DNA of 64,000 bases from Yuukianura sp. NJ FZ-2021 (lineage: Eukaryota). The notes beneath the pieces are model-generated. The model worked only from the letters and a program-made list of their open reading frames with translations, made no database searches and was not told the DNA's origin. The translations under genes were made by a program, and so were the position numbers. The first letter of the stretch is position 1. Each line of letters opens with the position of its first letter. The stretch lies in assembly GCA_046563655.1 (NCBI GenBank), contig CM102287.1:3100001-3164000 (forward strand), in the 5' to 3' direction. Below are positions 61,475 through 64,000 of the stretch, in pieces.

Positions 61475-64000
61475 ATGGATCCTTGGATAGTGACTCCAGT
61501 TGAGCGTGCAAGGCATGCAGAACAGTTCAAAAGCCTTGGACCGATTGGTGGATTCGTCACTGGAGAACAAGCTAAAGGATTCTTACTTCAATCCCAGTTA
61601 CCGCCTGCAATCTTAGGGCAAATATGGTAATTTAAAGCTATGATAAAACGTTTTCTAGAGATTTCGATTTCAGTTTTTAAGTTTTCGTTTTTGATTGTCC
61701 TTTGTAGGGGTCTCGCCGATATGAATTGTGATGGTAAAATGGATATCAACGAATTCAGTGTTGCCTGTAAGTTGATCACAATGAAACTCAAAGGGTTTGA
61801 AGTTCCACCAGCCTTGCCGCCGACTTTGAAAAACGTACTTTCCGGAACCGGCTCCAACACAACTCCAGTTCTATCTCCAACGAATACCGGAATCATGTCA
61901 CCAGTTCAGCAGATGATGCCGATTAGACCAATTGTTCCAGTAGTGCCTCAGTCATCGTCGGGAGTTCCTTTGGCAGGGGCTGGAATGATGCTGGGAGGCA
62001 GTACTCCGCCGCTCATGCCCAGCACAGTTCCTCAGATCCCTCAGCAAGTCATGATGGCGGCTACTACCGGCATGTACTCTTCCGCTATGCCTACCGCACC
62101 ACACCCTACAACGTTACCACTCGGTTACGATCCTAATGGTAAGCGTTAAAGCGTTTAGAACAAAACGATTTGAAAAACAAACGTTCTAGAAACGTCAACT
62201 AAAGCGGAAAACGTTCTCATAATTTTAGCAATGATGCAGCCACAACAGCCGACAATAGCTCAAGTTCAAGGAATTCCATCAATTCCAAGTCAGAGTCGGT
62301 CGATGTCAATTACTAGTCAAGAATCAGTGTAAGTGGATCCTTATTCTCACCACCGTAACCACTCTCTATTGTCTCTATGTATAACCACCGTAACCACTTT
62401 CTGTGTATAACCACCGTAACCACTTTTTGTATGTTTTTAGCGTGTCGCCACTCATGGAATGGGCGGTTCCAAATCCTTCACGTCTCAAATATACGCAATT
62501 GTTCAATCAAAACGATCGATCAAAGTCTGGGTTTCTCTCGGGAGTGCAAGCTAGAAATATTTTAATGGGAACGCAGCTACCGCAGCAAATTTTAGCAACA
62601 GTTTGGGCCCTATCTGACTTGGATGCTGACGGACGTCTCTCCTGTGAAGAGTTCATTCTGTCAATGCACTTGTGTGATGTAGCTCGGCAGGTTGGTCAAA
62701 ATTCGTCATTTTCAAGAAAGTTCTAAGAACATTCAAACTCATAACAAAGTCTTTATGTTTTAGACTGGGCGTTTACCACCTAAACTTCCTGCAGAACTGA
62801 TTCCGCCTTCTTTCCGTTCCGGCGGAAGTAGAAAGCAGTCAATAAAAAGTGGAACTGGTTCTATTGTTCAAAGTGGACACAACACAGGGTCCAACACGCC
62901 CACTTCCATGATTGAGCCGGAGCCTCTACTTTCTCCAGGTAACCAAAAAAACGGAATTTATACTCATTTTTTCATAAACTTTGATTCTTTGTGTTGAAAA
63001 TGTTTTTTTTTGTACAAAGGTGGAACTTCATTTGAAGACAAACGAAAAATGAACTACGACAAAGGTCAAGCCGAACTTGATCGACGTAGAAGAGTTCTCG
63101 AAGAAATTGCTGCTCGTGAACGTGAAGAGCGCGAAAGAAAAGAGCGTGAAGAATTTGAGAAACGTGAGAAACAGAGGTAAAATTGGTTCAAGATTTTTCA
63201 GTTTTGAGTTTGTTTTGATAATTTTTTAAATATTTTTGAAAGATTGGAGCAAGAGAGAAGAAAACAAGAGGAAATTGAGCGTCAGATGGCAATGCAACGA
63301 GAAATGGAAGAGCGGAGGATAGAAGAACTACGAAAAGCAGAGGAGCAGAAAGAAGCCGCTAGAAAGGAAATGGAGCGACAGCGGAGGCTGGAAATGGAAG
63401 AAAATAAGCGCTTGGAGCTACTCGCTCGGAGACAAAAAGAGCAGGACGAAGTGCTGCGTCTCAAGGGTGTCAATCATGGACTTGGACTAGAGTTGTCACA
63501 ATTGGTAATTAACTAATTAGTTGTTAATCATGATTAATCAAACACCTTAATCAATGATTAATCTGACTTGTTCTGTGATTTAGACCGAGAAGGTGAAAGA
63601 CTTGTCTGGAAAAATAACGGAGACGCGTGTGGGTGTGTCTACAGTCAAATCAGAGATTGATGGAATGCGAGCCAAACGGGATGGATTTATGAGTGAAAGT
63701 GGATCGCTAAAGAATCAACTCAAAGAACAAAATGCAAGGATGTTGCATGCTGCTCAAGAGAAAACACGACTTGAGCGACTTGCTACCGAAAGTGAAGTGA
63801 AACAGATAAGTCTGAAACAACTTCGTGAAAAGTTGCAGAATTTGAAAGAGGAAGTGAGTTATCATAATCAAAAAGTCATTTTTTTTTCAGTGAAACTCAT
63901 TTGATTTGAACTCTTTTTGTTCGTTTTAGCTCGCAAAGAAGCAGGGCGATGCGGATGTTGCTGTTGGTGAATTGAATGAACTGAAATCCACTTTATCCAC
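61475..64000 (+). CDS. Dap160: Intersectin / Dap160, 5' part (two EH domains and coiled coil), runs off the window end
   Basis: EH1 [51 protein letters not shown]2 [76 protein letters not shown]-type coiled coil. Probable 5'UTR donor near 61051. Confidence 0.93.
62349..62427. repeat. Short intronic tandem repeat (ACCACCGTAACCACT x3)
   Basis: Three copies, the last two with a 26-bp period, in an intersectin intron. Confidence 0.8.

Overview
AT-rich eukaryotic genomic DNA with GT-AG introns, mostly 50-150 bp. The gene set (a Dpr-type two-Ig protein, Dap160/intersectin) and degenerate TTAGG/CCTAA tracts suggest an arthropod, possibly a crustacean; the species cannot be determined. Manual splicing gives eight host genes: a Sulfotransfer_2 carbohydrate sulfotransferase (-), a small single-pass membrane protein (-), a dpr-like gene spread over 25 kb (-), a nuclear-receptor ligand-binding-domain protein with no DNA-binding domain (-), a CCPG1/PBXIP1-like membrane protein (+), Golgi alpha-mannosidase II (-), a TOGARAM/crescerin-like TOG protein (+) and the 5' part of intersectin (+). 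Two apparently young DNA transposons have perfect 8-bp target-site duplications: a 3.85-kb Merlin/IS1595-family element and a 2.69-kb hAT element. The most unusual items are: (1) the Merlin element, whose long TIRs are built of 125-bp units rich in AGGTCA half-sites, with about 35 E2F-consensus motifs just upstream of the transposase and a 309-bp foldback inside the ORF, inserted between two divergent host genes; (2) the intact, spliced, LBD-only nuclear receptor; (3) a duplicated, palindrome-rich non-coding module at 38.6-40.25 kb. All calls come from reading the sequence; no database searches were run.
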